A DNA stretch of 45,889 nt from Lysobacterales bacterium (GTDB lineage Bacteria; Pseudomonadota; Gammaproteobacteria; Xanthomonadales; S139-57): contig WFUE01000040.1 in the NCBI GenBank assembly GCA_015485125.1, forward strand, positions 1 through 45,889, given 5' to 3'. A program made the translations under genes and the position numbers. This document shows, piece after piece, positions 26,287-37,035 of this stretch (position 1 is its first letter; every line of letters begins with the position of its first letter). The notes under the pieces were generated by a model. That model was not told the DNA's origin. It searched no databases and saw only the letters and a list, made by a program, of their open reading frames with translations.

Positions 26287-28311
26287 ATGAGTAGCACCGC
26301 AGCCAACGTAGGCGAATCCCGTTCCACCATCAACTTTCTCTTTGTGTTGTTGGTGGTGGTTCTGGTCGCTGTTCTGGGCAACTTCCTCTGGTTGGGCCTG
26401 AAAAACGTGGATGACCGGATTTATCTGCAAAATACTTCCGAAATCCAGATCATGTCCCAGCAGATGGTTAAATACGCCAGGGAGTCGGCGCGAGGCAACT
26501 ATGAAGCCTTCAACGAGCTTCGGGCCATCAAGAAGAAACTGCAGGAAGACGTGGACAATGTCACCAAGGGCAACGAAGCTTTGGGCCTGCCCCCGCCACC
26601 GTCTGCCGTGGCCGATGAAGTGCATGAACTGGAGCAGACCTGGAAGCCCATGGCCGAGGCGGCCGATCTCATTCTCTCCAAGGAGACGGTGATTTCCGAA
26701 CTGGCGGATACCATTCAACGTTTCAACCAGAACATGTCGGTGTTGCAGACCCGTGCCGACCTGATGAACCAGTTGCTGACCAAAAAACGGGTGCCCGGGC
26801 GCACGGTGTACATCTCCAGCCAGCAGCTGGTGCTGGCCAACCGGATGCTGAAGGAGGTGGCGGATATCCAGTCCGGCGGCCCGGAAGCGGTTTCGGCCGC
26901 GGATGCCTTTGGTCGTGATGCCGCGGCCTTTGGCCGTATCCTCACGGCCCTGCTGGATGGCGACAAGGAGATGGGTGTCAAGGCCATCACTGACCAGGAA
27001 GCCTTGAAACTGCTGGGTGGGGTCTACAATGCCTTCGAGGAAATCAGCCAGGATGTGGAAAACATACTGCAATCAGCCACCCAGGTGTTCGACGTCACCG
27101 AAGCGGCTGAAAATATCTTCCTGGATTCGGAAGCCCTGCGTTTGAATGCAGAGCAACTGGCCGCCGCCTATACGGCCTACGCTGAAAAACGGTTGCTTCC
27201 CTCCGTGCTTTCCGGCCTGGCCATTGCCGCCATTGCGGCCCTGCTGATTCTCATCATTGCCTGGATGTTCTACCGTGAACAGGTGCAACGCCGTCGGGTG
27301 ACGGAACAGCTCAACCAGCGGAACCAGGAGGCCATTCTGCGCCTGCTGGACGAGATGGGATCTCTGGCTGAAGGGGATCTGACAGTAAATGCCACGGTGA
27401 CCGAGGACATTACCGGCGCCATCGCGGACTCGGTGAACTTCGCCGTGGAAGCCCTGCGTAGCCTGGTAACCACCATTAACGAAACCGCCGAACTGGTGGC
27501 AACTTCCGCCCAGGAAGCCCAGGCCACGGCAACCCACCTGGCCGAAGCCTCCGAGCATCAGGCCCAGCAGATCACCGCGGCCTCTGCGGCGGTAAACGAG
27601 ATCGCCGTCTCCATTGACGAGGTGTCCAAGAACGCTGCGGAATCCGCTGATGTGGCCCAGCGCTCGGTGGCCATCGCCCACAAGGGCGCCGAGGTGGTGC
27701 GCCAGAGCATTGAAGGCATGGATGACATTCGCGAGCAGATTCAGGAAACCTCCAAGCGAATCAAGCGACTGGGTGAATCCTCCCAGGAGATTGGCGACAT
27801 CGTGGAGCTGATCAACGATATTGCCGAACAGACCAACATTCTCGCCTTGAACGCGGCCATTCAGGCGTCGTCCGCCGGTGAGGCCGGTCGCGGTTTCGCG
27901 GTGGTGGCCGACGAAGTGCAGCGACTGGCCGAGCGCTCCACCAACGCCACCAAGCGAATTGAAACGCTGGTGAAAACCATTCAGGCCGATACGTTCGAGG
28001 CGGTGAAATCCATGGAAGAAACCACCGCCGAGGTGGTTAGCGGAGCCCACCTGGCCGAGAACGCCGGTGAGGCGCTGAACGAGATTGAAAAGGTGTCCAA
28101 TGATTTGGCGGACCTGATTCAGAACATCTCCGAGGCGGCCCGGCAACAGTCGGCTGCTGCCACCAACATTTCCGGCACCATGAACGTGATTCAGGAAATC
28201 ACCACCCAGACCTCGGCCGGTACCGAACAGACAGCCGAGTCCATTGGTCGTCTGGCGGAACTGGCGACGGAATTGCGCAAGTCGGTGGCCGGCTTCAAGC
28301 TGCCGGGTTAA
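26287..28311 (+). CDS. pilJ: Methyl-accepting chemoreceptor PilJ
   Basis: Two TMs, [46 protein letters not shown]. Confidence 0.95.
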   Translation: MSSTAANVGESRSTINFLFVLLVVVLVAVLGNFLWLGLKNVDDRIYLQNTSEIQIMSQQMVKYARESARGNYEAFNELRAIKKKLQEDVDNVTKGNEALGLPPPPSAVADEVHELEQTWKPMAEAADLILSKETVISELADTIQRFNQNMSVLQTRADLMNQLLTKKRVPGRTVYISSQQLVLANRMLKEVADIQSGGPEAVSAADAFGRDAAAFGRILTALLDGDKEMGVKAITDQEALKLLGGVYNAFEEISQDVENILQSATQVFDVTEAAENIFLDSEALRLNAEQLAAAYTAYAEKRLLPSVLSGLAIAAIAALLILIIAWMFYREQVQRRRVTEQLNQRNQEAILRLLDEMGSLAEGDLTVNATVTEDITGAIADSVNFAVEALRSLVTTINETAELVATSAQEAQATATHLAEASEHQAQQITAASAAVNEIAVSIDEVSKNAAESADVAQRSVAIAHKGAEVVRQSIEGMDDIREQIQETSKRIKRLGESSQEIGDIVELINDIAEQTNILALNAAIQASSAGEAGRGFAVVADEVQRLAERSTNATKRIETLVKTIQADTFEAVKSMEETTAEVVSGAHLAENAGEALNEIEKVSNDLADLIQNISEAARQQSAAATNISGTMNVIQEITTQTSAGTEQTAESIGRLAELATELRKSVAGFKLPG

Positions 28312-28326
28312 CGGGTACGATTGCAC

Positions 28327-29214
28327 ATGTCAGGCGCACCGCTGAGACAATCCAAACTGCCTGCCGAAGGAGGGGGCATGGATGATCACAGCTTCTACTG
28401 GTGGTCGAAGAAACTGGAAGAACGAGCCGGCATTGTCATTCCGGCCAGTCGCAAGCAGTTTCTGGCCAGCAATCTCAACCAGCGCGTGCATGCCAACAAC
28501 TGTGCCAATGAAGAGGAATACTACGCAAAAGTGCTGGAAGGCCCCCTGGGGGCGCGGGAATGGGCGCAGCTTATCGACTGTCTTACGGTCCATCAGACGC
28601 ATTTTTTTCGTCATCTGCCCTCGGTGGATCTGGTGCAGACACTGGCCCGTGAATGGTATGCACAGGGAGAGGGTAAAAAACGGGAGCTGCATGCCTGGAG
28701 CGTGGGCTGTTCCACGGGAGAGGAAGCCTGGACACTGGGGATGATCCTGGGCACGGAAGCGGCCGCATACCAACAGGCCTATTTCAGCGTGCTGGGGACC
28801 GATGTCAGTCAGCCGGCCTTGAGCCTGGCCCGTCAGGCCCGTTATGACCGTGACCGCTTGCGTGAAATCCCGTCCAGCTACCGGGAACGCTGGTGCCTGC
28901 CGGATGATCTGGGTTTCAGTATTCATCCGGATCTGCGCCGGCGGGTGGCCTTTGCAACGCTGAATTTGTTGGACAAGAGTGCGGCACCCATTCTGTCCAA
29001 TCTGGATTTGATCTTTTGTCAGAATGTCTTGATTTATATGCCACGCCGTACACGGCACCAGATACTGGACCGATTTGCGGCACTGTTGCGTCCGGGAGGC
29101 GTATTGCTGTTGGGGCCGGGAGAGGTCATGAACTGGGCGCATGAAGAAATGACGCCGGTGGACCACCCCAGAACCCTGGCCTTCCGTCGTCGAGAAAGAG
29201 GAAAACAAGCATGA
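28327..29214 (+). CDS. pilK: CheR-type methyltransferase PilK (start uncertain, 28321-28378)
   Basis: THFFRH, WSVGCSTGEE, GTDVS, IFCQNVLIY. Confidence 0.88.
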   Translation: MSGAPLRQSKLPAEGGGMDDHSFYWWSKKLEERAGIVIPASRKQFLASNLNQRVHANNCANEEEYYAKVLEGPLGAREWAQLIDCLTVHQTHFFRHLPSVDLVQTLAREWYAQGEGKKRELHAWSVGCSTGEEAWTLGMILGTEAAAYQQAYFSVLGTDVSQPALSLARQARYDRDRLREIPSSYRERWCLPDDLGFSIHPDLRRRVAFATLNLLDKSAAPILSNLDLIFCQNVLIYMPRRTRHQILDRFAALLRPGGVLLLGPGEVMNWAHEEMTPVDHPRTLAFRRRERGKQA

Positions 29215-32200
29215 AACTGCAGCAGGAAATCGACCACTCCACGCTGAGCTGGGTCAAGAACGAGCTGGATCTCACCCTGAAGCAGGCCATCGAGGCACTG
29301 GAGGCCTATTCCGAAGACCGGGATGACAGCAGCCAGATGCGTTTTTGTGCCACCTATTTGCACCAGGTACAGGGCACATTGCGCATGGTGGAACTCTATG
29401 GCGCTGCCCTGCTGGTGGAGGAAATGGAACAGCTGGCCGTGGATCTGCTTGAAGGCCGGGTGGACGATGAGGAAGCCGCCTTTGATGTGTTGATGCGCGG
29501 CATGGTGCAACTGCCAGACTATCTGGATCGCCTTGTGTCCGGCCATCGGGATATTCCGGTGGTGTTTCTGCCGCTGGTCAATGAAATTCGCGCCTTGCGG
29601 GGTCAATCCCTGGCCACCGAAGGTGCCCTGTTCAATCCGGATCTGAGCCTGGGTGTGCCGGAAAGCCTGCCTGGCCCGGCGCGCCGCTATGCTGACAAGG
29701 TCCTGCGGCCCAATATCGCCCGCCTGCGTGCCGCCTATCAGGTGGGTCTGCTCAAGTGGTTCAAGGATGGGGCCAGCGCGGATCTCTACCGGCGCATGGG
29801 CCTGTTGTTCGAGCGCCTGCTTTCGGTCAGTTCGGAGCCTGCATTGCGGCAACTGTTCTGGATTACAGGCGGGGTGGTGGAAGCACTGCAGAATGATGCG
29901 CTGGAGTTGTCCAACAGCGTCAAATCCCTGTTCGGCAAGGTGGATCTTGAACTGCGCAAGATGGCCCTGAGTGGTGAGCGCCATTTCCGCCAGAACCCGC
30001 CGGAAGCCGTGATTCGCAACCTGCTCTACTATGTGGCGCAGGCACAGCCCGGTAGCTTGCTGGTGGACCAGATCAAGGCACATTACGATCTCGATGCCCT
30101 GCTGCCACGCGAAGAAGATGTGGAACATGCCATGGGCACCATGTCCGGACACAACCGGGAAGTGCTCAGCTCGGTCGGTACCGTGCTCAAGGAAGAATTG
30201 CTGGGCGTCAAGGAACAGCTGGATCTGCTGTTGCGTAAGTCGGACACCCGGGGCGAGTCGCTGGCGGAACTGTTACCCGTATTGAGCAAGGTGCGTGAAA
30301 CCCTGGCCATGCTGGGGATCGGCTATGCGCAACATGTTGTCGAGGATCAGATTGGCCGCATCGAAGCCCTGCAGACCAGTGAAGAACCGGTGGCAGAAAC
30401 CGATCTGCTGGAAATTGCCGGTTCCCTTCTGACGGTGGAATCTGCACTGGACGACCATATCCAGAGTCTTGGCCTGGCGGACGAAACCAGCGAAGAAAAC
30501 GACCAAGGTCCGGATCTGCCGGGCAGTGAAGTGCAGGAACTGCTGAAACGCCTGATCGAGGAGGTCAACACCAACCTTTCACAAGTCAAGGAATCTCTGG
30601 TTCGCTTTATCGAAGCCCCCTGGGACCATAATGCCCTGCAGGATCTGCCGGGCAAGCTGCAAGAAGTTTCGGGTGCCTTGCGCATGCTGGAGATGGAGGA
30701 ACCCGCCACCATCATGCGCGGTGTTGGACAATATGTGCAACAGGACCTGCTCGATCAGCAGCAGATACCCAGCACGCGCCAGCTGGAGCTGTTGGCCGAT
30801 GCCATCGCGGGCATGGAGTATTTCATGGAAGCGCTGGTGGATCGGCGGTCGCCAGGGCAGGTGCTTACCCATATCGCCTCCGCATTGGAAGCCCTGCGCA
30901 GTTCCGAGCCGGCGTCGGTGGCAGCCCCCGTGGAAACCGATGAAGTCTCACTGGATACGCTGGAATATTCCGAAGATCTGTTGTCGGAAGAACCGGAAAC
31001 AATCGAGCCGGACATAGGCCTGCAAGATGATTCGGGCGCGCTGAGCCCGGTAACGGAATCCGGGGAAACCGGCGAGCCGGAAGAAGCAGACATGCTGCCG
31101 GCCTTCTCCGATACCGAAACGGAGTTGACCGATACCGAAATGGAGTTGGAGGAAGCAGAGGCGGATAAAGCTGGTGAGGAACCGTTTGTCGAAGTGCCGG
31201 TTTCCGAAGAGACCCATCAAACTGAGACTCAACCTGCCGAGCCCGACATCACCGAAGCCGTGGCCCTGGAGCTGCCGGAAGCGGCACAGGCCATCGACAT
31301 CCCTCCGGTTGTCGAAGCAGATGATGAAGAGTTGCTCAACATCTTCATCGAAGAAATGGCGGAGAACATGGGCAGCATGGTGGAACAACACCAGGCCTGG
31401 CAACAGAACCCGGAGGATGCGCAGGCGCTGTCTTCCATCCGCCGTTCCTTCCATACCCTCAAGGGCTCCGGGCGCCTGATTGGCGCCAAGCGAACGGGCG
31501 AGTTCAGCTGGCACATGGAGAACATGCTCAACCGGCTGATTGACGGCAGCATCGAAGCTTCACCGGCGCTCAAGGGGCTGCTGAATATCGCCATTCACCA
31601 GACCATCCCCGCCCTGTACAACCAGTTGGCCACACAGGCGGAAGGGCCCACGGAAGACGCGCTCAGGTTGCAAATGCACATGGCTGACCAGCTGGCGGAA
31701 AACCAGCCGGTGGACGATCGCTGGCTGGCCATGCTGGCGGGAGAAAGCGCGGGAAAGCCTGAAGCCGGCACTGATTCTCACCTGGACGAGGCTGCTGCCC
31801 CCGTGGCATCGGATGACACAGCCCAGGAAGAAACAGTGTCGGCAGCCGGGGATCATGTGGCAGAAACCTTCGAGATTGCGGATACAGAAAACCGTGATGA
31901 TGAAGCAGAGACCACTGCCGAAAGCGATACAACCACAGCAGGCGAAGAGGTTGACGAAACCGGGGAAGACCGGGAAGAACCAGCAGCCGCAGCGGATGTG
32001 GATGATGAGCTGTTGGGTATCTTTGAAGTGGAAGCCCGTACCCATCTGGCAGTACTGCGTAATTGGCTGGATGCCGTTGCATCTGATTCGCGCGTGACGG
32101 AGGATGTGCGGGTTGCCTCCCATACCCTCAATGGCGCGGCCTCCATGACGGAATTGCCGGAAATTTCTGCCTTGACCGGGCCGCTGGAAGGAGTGCTCAA

Positions 32201-35200
32201 GCGCCTGCACCATCTGGGCCGCCCACTGGACGAGACCGCACAACCCGTCATTGAACAGACGCTCAATGTGCTGGAACTGCAAGTGGAACAGCTGGTCAAT
32301 CGCCAGCCACTGGAATCGGCTCCTGACCTGCAGGCGGAACTGGAAGCGCTGAAGGCGGCACTGCCGGAACATGCGCCCATGGAAACCGCCACTGAAGAAA
32401 CAGACGAGGAAGCGCCGGTTCAGGAAGAGGAATGGACGCTGGATGTGGATGACCTGCCTTTGGATGTGACTGACACCACGGAAGTCTCGACGGAAGAAGA
32501 CGAAGCCATTGAGGAAATTCCGGTTCCGGTAGAAGATCTGTCGGAACTGGATCTGGACAACCTGGATGATCTGGAATTGACGCTGGGTGATGAAGCGGAT
32601 GTGCTGGCGGAGCTGGATCAGGCAACCGAGGCGCTGAGTGCGTTGGCCGAGATGCCGGATTCGGAAGCCTCGGAAGATGAGGAAGATGCACTGACGCTGG
32701 ATTGGCCCGAAGAACCAGAGGAAAACCACGAAGCACCGCTGGCCATGGATGATACGGCCAGTCCCGCAGGCGAAATGGAGAGTGTGGAGCTGGAAGCCAC
32801 GCCAGAAGAACGGATGGAAGAGCCGGTTGAAGAACCGGCGACTGAAAGCGCTGAAGATACTGTGCCCGACGAGCCGGAAATGGCGATGTCGCAGCAGGAT
32901 GAAACCCTCTCTGCGGCTGATGACCTGGCCCTGCGTGACGAGGAAACGGCGGAAAGTGAGGCCATCGCAGAGGATGAGAGCAATGAAACCCTGACAGAGG
33001 CAGTGCCCGCGCCAACGGATGATGCGATGGATCTGGAAGCAGAAGCTGCCGATACCGCTGGAGCAGCAGGCCTGGAAGACCCTGGCGCAGCGGGTGTAGA
33101 AGAAGACGGGGAAGATGCCCGTGACAAAGCAGGGGAAACGCAGCCGGTTGCCACAGAATCCGTTGAAAACACCCCAGCCCCGGAAAGTACTGTCGCACCC
33201 GTAACGGAAGACAAGCCACTGGATCTGGACGCGGAATTGGTGGGCATTTTTCTGGAAGAAGCGACCGATGTCACCGCTGATCTGGATCAGGCCCTGGAGC
33301 AATGGCAGCAAGGTGTGGATGAGCGGGAACCGGTGGATGCGCTGCAACGCAGCCTGCATACCCTCAAGGGCGGTGCCCGCACCATCGGCCTGGATGAGAT
33401 CGGCGAACTGGCTCACCAGATGGAGTCGGTGCTGATGGCCATTCAGCAAGAAGCCATTGCGCCCACAACAGCCTGTGTGGAAGCGGAAACCCGGGCTTTT
33501 GACCATCTGCAAGAGAATATCGACCGGGTTCGCAAGGGCCTGCAACCGGCTGTGGATAGCCGCTTGCTGGAAGAATTGCGGGCACTGGCTGCCGGTGTGG
33601 AAGCCGAGCCCGCGGTGGAGGCCGAACAACGAAGGGAAGAACTACTGGAAGAACGCGAGGCCGAGCAGGCAGCCATCGAAGAGACACCCTCGGCCGAGCC
33701 GGTGGAGCCCGTGGCCACGCTGGGCAAGGCGCCTTCCTCGGTGGTACGCCCCAAACCCGCACGCAAGCAGGAAGAGCAAGCGGGCAAGCAGGAACTGATC
33801 CGGGTCCGTTCCGATCTGTTGGGCAAGCTGGTGAATTTTGCCGGTGAGGTTTCCATCTACCGTTCACGCCTGGAACAGCAGATGGGTGACTACCGCTTCA
33901 ACCTGGATGAATTGCAGCAGACGGTGGTGCGTCTGCGTGACCAGTTGCGCAAGCTGGAAATCGAGACCGAGGCCCAGATTCTTTCCCGCTACCAGCGGGA
34001 GCACGAGCTGGAAGGCAGCGAGGAAGAAGAGTTCGACCCGCTGGAGCTGGACCGCTTCTCCACCCTGCAACAGCTCTCGCGCGCGTTGTCGGAATCGGTC
34101 AATGACCTGGTCAGCATTCAGGAGACCCTGGAGCAGTTGACCCGGGAGTCGGAAACCCTGCTGCTGCAACAATCGCGGGTCAGCACCGAGTTGCAGGAAG
34201 GCCTGATGCAAACCCGCATGGTGTCCTTCGACACCCTGGTGCCGCGTCTGCGCCGGATCGTGCGGCAGACGGCGGCCGAGCTGGGCAAGAAAGCCGTGTT
34301 GCGCGTGGAAGGTACGGAAGGCGAGATGGACCGCAATATCCTCCAGCGGATCACTGCGCCATTGGAACACACCCTGCGTAATGCGGTGGCGCATGGTATC
34401 GAATCCCCGCAAGCCCGCCAGGCCGCCGGCAAGCCCGAACAGGGTGAAGTCCGCATTCGTGTCAGCCGCGATGCCACCGATGTGGTACTGGAAATCACCG
34501 ATGACGGTGCGGGCATCAATACCGAAAAAGTCCGTGCCAAGGCCATTGAACAGGGCCTGATAGCCGAGGATGCCGATCTTACTGAGCAGGAAACCTTTTC
34601 CCTGATCATGGAGTCCGGTTTTTCCACTGCTGAAGAAGTTTCACAGATCTCGGGCCGTGGTGTGGGCATGGATGTGGTCAGCACCGAGCTGAAACAGCTG
34701 GGTGGCACCATCACCATCGACTCAGAAGCCGGCAAGGGCACGAAATTTACCATCCGCCTGCCCTTTACCCTGGCGGTGACCCAGTCCATTCTGGTGAAAG
34801 TCTCCGATAGCACTTTCGCCATTCCGCTGGCTTCGGTGGAAGGCGTGGTACGCATGCCCGTGGAAGCCTTCCGTGAACTGATGACGGAAGAACCGCCGGA
34901 AATCGTTTATGGCGGGCGCGAGCACCCGGTACGCATCCTCGCCGAGATGATGGGCCTGCGGGAATCGACGGCCATGGACATGATCCAGGTGCCCATTCTG
35001 GTGGTACGCGCGGGTGACCAGACACTGGCGCTGAAAGTGGACGGCATCGTCGGCAACCGGGAAATCGTGGTAAAGCCGGTCGGGCCGCAGATCTCCACCA
35101 TTGCCGGCATCTTTGGCGCCACCATCATGGGGGATGGCTCCGTGGTGCTGATTCTGGATATCGGTGCCCTGGCGCGGCAAGGCAAGATGCTGGTACACCG

Positions 35201-35624
35201 CCCGCAGGCAGAGGAATTGGCACAGGCGAGGACCCTGGAAGAACATCGCAAGCCGGTAATCATGGTGGTGGACGACTCCATCACCATGCGCAAGGTGACT
35301 TCGCGCGTACTGGAAAAACAGGATATGGAAGTGTTCACCGCCAAGGACGGACTGGACGCCCTGGAGCAATTGCAGGAACGCCAGCCGGATGTGATGTTGC
35401 TGGATATCGAAATGCCGCGCATGGATGGTTATGAACTGGCCACCCACATGCGCAATGACGAACGCCTGAAGCAGATTCCCATCATCATGATTACCTCGCG
35501 GACCGGTGAAAAACACCGTCAGCGGGCCATGGAGCTGGGCGTGGAGAAATATCTGGGCAAGCCCTATCAGGAAGAAGACCTGCTGCGGGAGGTGAGGGAC
35601 AGCCTTGAACAGCGCGCGCACTGA
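29211..35624 (+). CDS. chpA: Hybrid chemosensory kinase ChpA (PilL)
   Basis: Several Hpt domains (LHQVQG, FHTLKG, SHTLNG, LHTLKG), HATPase (RNAVAHGIE, DDGAG, GRGVGMD), CheW domain and C-terminal REC. Confidence 0.95.
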   Translation: MKLQQEIDHSTLSWVKNELDLTLKQAIEALEAYSEDRDDSSQMRFCATYLHQVQGTLRMVELYGAALLVEEMEQLAVDLLEGRVDDEEAAFDVLMRGMVQLPDYLDRLVSGHRDIPVVFLPLVNEIRALRGQSLATEGALFNPDLSLGVPESLPGPARRYADKVLRPNIARLRAAYQVGLLKWFKDGASADLYRRMGLLFERLLSVSSEPALRQLFWITGGVVEALQNDALELSNSVKSLFGKVDLELRKMALSGERHFRQNPPEAVIRNLLYYVAQAQPGSLLVDQIKAHYDLDALLPREEDVEHAMGTMSGHNREVLSSVGTVLKEELLGVKEQLDLLLRKSDTRGESLAELLPVLSKVRETLAMLGIGYAQHVVEDQIGRIEALQTSEEPVAETDLLEIAGSLLTVESALDDHIQSLGLADETSEENDQGPDLPGSEVQELLKRLIEEVNTNLSQVKESLVRFIEAPWDHNALQDLPGKLQEVSGALRMLEMEEPATIMRGVGQYVQQDLLDQQQIPSTRQLELLADAIAGMEYFMEALVDRRSPGQVLTHIASALEALRSSEPASVAAPVETDEVSLDTLEYSEDLLSEEPETIEPDIGLQDDSGALSPVTESGETGEPEEADMLPAFSDTETELTDTEMELEEAEADKAGEEPFVEVPVSEETHQTETQPAEPDITEAVALELPEAAQAIDIPPVVEADDEELLNIFIEEMAENMGSMVEQHQAWQQNPEDAQALSSIRRSFHTLKGSGRLIGAKRTGEFSWHMENMLNRLIDGSIEASPALKGLLNIAIHQTIPALYNQLATQAEGPTEDALRLQMHMADQLAENQPVDDRWLAMLAGESAGKPEAGTDSHLDEAAAPVASDDTAQEETVSAAGDHVAETFEIADTENRDDEAETTAESDTTTAGEEVDETGEDREEPAAAADVDDELLGIFEVEARTHLAVLRNWLDAVASDSRVTEDVRVASHTLNGAASMTELPEISALTGPLEGVLKRLHHLGRPLDETAQPVIEQTLNVLELQVEQLVNRQPLESAPDLQAELEALKAALPEHAPMETATEETDEEAPVQEEEWTLDVDDLPLDVTDTTEVSTEEDEAIEEIPVPVEDLSELDLDNLDDLELTLGDEADVLAELDQATEALSALAEMPDSEASEDEEDALTLDWPEEPEENHEAPLAMDDTASPAGEMESVELEATPEERMEEPVEEPATESAEDTVPDEPEMAMSQQDETLSAADDLALRDEETAESEAIAEDESNETLTEAVPAPTDDAMDLEAEAADTAGAAGLEDPGAAGVEEDGEDARDKAGETQPVATESVENTPAPESTVAPVTEDKPLDLDAELVGIFLEEATDVTADLDQALEQWQQGVDEREPVDALQRSLHTLKGGARTIGLDEIGELAHQMESVLMAIQQEAIAPTTACVEAETRAFDHLQENIDRVRKGLQPAVDSRLLEELRALAAGVEAEPAVEAEQRREELLEEREAEQAAIEETPSAEPVEPVATLGKAPSSVVRPKPARKQEEQAGKQELIRVRSDLLGKLVNFAGEVSIYRSRLEQQMGDYRFNLDELQQTVVRLRDQLRKLEIETEAQILSRYQREHELEGSEEEEFDPLELDRFSTLQQLSRALSESVNDLVSIQETLEQLTRESETLLLQQSRVSTELQEGLMQTRMVSFDTLVPRLRRIVRQTAAELGKKAVLRVEGTEGEMDRNILQRITAPLEHTLRNAVAHGIESPQARQAAGKPEQGEVRIRVSRDATDVVLEITDDGAGINTEKVRAKAIEQGLIAEDADLTEQETFSLIMESGFSTAEEVSQISGRGVGMDVVSTELKQLGGTITIDSEAGKGTKFTIRLPFTLAVTQSILVKVSDSTFAIPLASVEGVVRMPVEAFRELMTEEPPEIVYGGREHPVRILAEMMGLRESTAMDMIQVPILVVRAGDQTLALKVDGIVGNREIVVKPVGPQISTIAGIFGATIMGDGSVVLILDIGALARQGKMLVHRPQAEELAQARTLEEHRKPVIMVVDDSITMRKVTSRVLEKQDMEVFTAKDGLDALEQLQERQPDVMLLDIEMPRMDGYELATHMRNDERLKQIPIIMITSRTGEKHRQRAMELGVEKYLGKPYQEEDLLREVRDSLEQRAH

Positions 35625-36549
35625 TCGGTCCAGCCGTTGTACGGCGGTGATCGAACTGGTCACCGATACCGCCGTGTTGCCGGACGCATTGAAAACCGTA
35701 TTTCAGCGTTCGGGCATACGGCTGGCCGGCGTGCACCGCTGCCGGAAACATGGTTCCGCCCTGCAGCTGAAATCGAAGCAGCCGGTACTGGTCCTGATGC
35801 AGGATGATCTGCCGGACGCGGTGATGGAACAACTGCTTTCCCTGCAACAGCCCGTCTGGTTCGTGGACTGGGATGGTGAGTCCGTTCAGCCAGTGGTCAA
35901 GACCTTGATACACAAGCTGCAACCGCAACCATCCGTCGAACAAACCGTTACGGTCTCAGAAGATCCCGTCAGCGCGGATTACAACGAAACGGCCATGCCG
36001 ACCACCTGGCTGCTGGCCGCATCCATCGGTGGGCCGGAAGCCATGCGCAACTTTCTTTCCCGACTGCCGGGAGACTTGCCGGCCTGTCTGATTCTGGCGC
36101 AGCATATCGGCCGGGAATTCCAGAATCAGCTGGTGCAGCAGTTGGATCAGGCCTCGCCCCTGCCGGTCAGGCTGATGGCCGAAGGCATGCGTCATGCTCC
36201 GCAACAGGTGCTGGTGGTGCCCTCCGACCAGCAGATACGGCTGGACGACGAAGGTCGTTTCCGCCTGAAGCCCGGCAAGCATCGTTTCACCCCGTGTATC
36301 GACCAGGTGGTTTCCGGCCTGTTGCCACAACTGGGTAACGAGCTGGGCATGATCGTCTTCAGCGGCATGTCCAGTGATGGCGTGGCGGGCAGCCATGCCG
36401 TGCATGTGGCCGGTGGACCGGTCTGGGTGCAAACGCCGGAAACCTGCGTGGTCGCTTCCATGGTGGAAGGCACCATGCGCAAGACCGAGACCGGCCTGGC
36501 CGGTTCCCCGGACGAACTGGCCGACATGCTGGTGAGTGTCTATCACTGA
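35605..36549 (+). CDS. chpB: CheB-like methylesterase ChpB (start uncertain; GTG at 35647 possible)
   Basis: ASIGGP, AQHI and SGMSSDG supply the catalytic triad; the N-terminal domain is degenerate. Confidence 0.87.
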   Translation: MNSARTDRSSRCTAVIELVTDTAVLPDALKTVFQRSGIRLAGVHRCRKHGSALQLKSKQPVLVLMQDDLPDAVMEQLLSLQQPVWFVDWDGESVQPVVKTLIHKLQPQPSVEQTVTVSEDPVSADYNETAMPTTWLLAASIGGPEAMRNFLSRLPGDLPACLILAQHIGREFQNQLVQQLDQASPLPVRLMAEGMRHAPQQVLVVPSDQQIRLDDEGRFRLKPGKHRFTPCIDQVVSGLLPQLGNELGMIVFSGMSSDGVAGSHAVHVAGGPVWVQTPETCVVASMVEGTMRKTETGLAGSPDELADMLVSVYH

Positions 36550-36558
36550 GGATTAACC

Positions 36559-37035
36559 ATGTCAGAACTGATGAATGAAATACGCGGCGTCATGATTCCG
36601 GTGACCGGTGGTCATGTGGTGCTGCCCAACGCCGCCATTGCCGAACTGGTAGCCTACACGCCGCCGGGCAGCATGCCCTGTGAAGAGGACTGGGTGCTGG
36701 GTTTTATCAACTGGCGTGGCTGGCAGGTACCCCTGTTTTCCTTCTCGTTAATGGCGGAGCTGGCGGAAGAAGAGCGGGACAACACCGCGAGAGTGGCCAT
36801 TCTGAAAGCCCTGACCGGCAGCACCAACATGCCCTTTCTGGCGCTGATGACCCAGGGCTTCCCGCAACTGCACAACCTGAACAAGCAGAACCTGCAGATC
36901 ATACCCGGCGCGGAAATGACCCCGGGCGTGGCCTATCAGGTGGAAGTGGAAGGCCAGCAAGGGTATATCCCGGATCTGACCCATATTGAAAACACCCTGT
37001 CTCGCTGTCTGGCGGAAAGTAAACGGAGTGCTTGA
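36559..37035 (+). CDS. chpC: CheW-like ChpC
   Basis: IRGVMIP...LPNAAIAE...WVLGFINWRGWQVP. Confidence 0.88.
   Translation: MSELMNEIRGVMIPVTGGHVVLPNAAIAELVAYTPPGSMPCEEDWVLGFINWRGWQVPLFSFSLMAELAEEERDNTARVAILKALTGSTNMPFLALMTQGFPQLHNLNKQNLQIIPGAEMTPGVAYQVEVEGQQGYIPDLTHIENTLSRCLAESKRSA

Noticed and set aside
31560-33629. 689-aa minus-strand ORF, and similar long antisense ORFs at 6072, 13627, 23813, 27073 and 39921
   Set aside because: These are shadow ORFs produced by high GC and codon bias on the opposite strand of well-supported genes.
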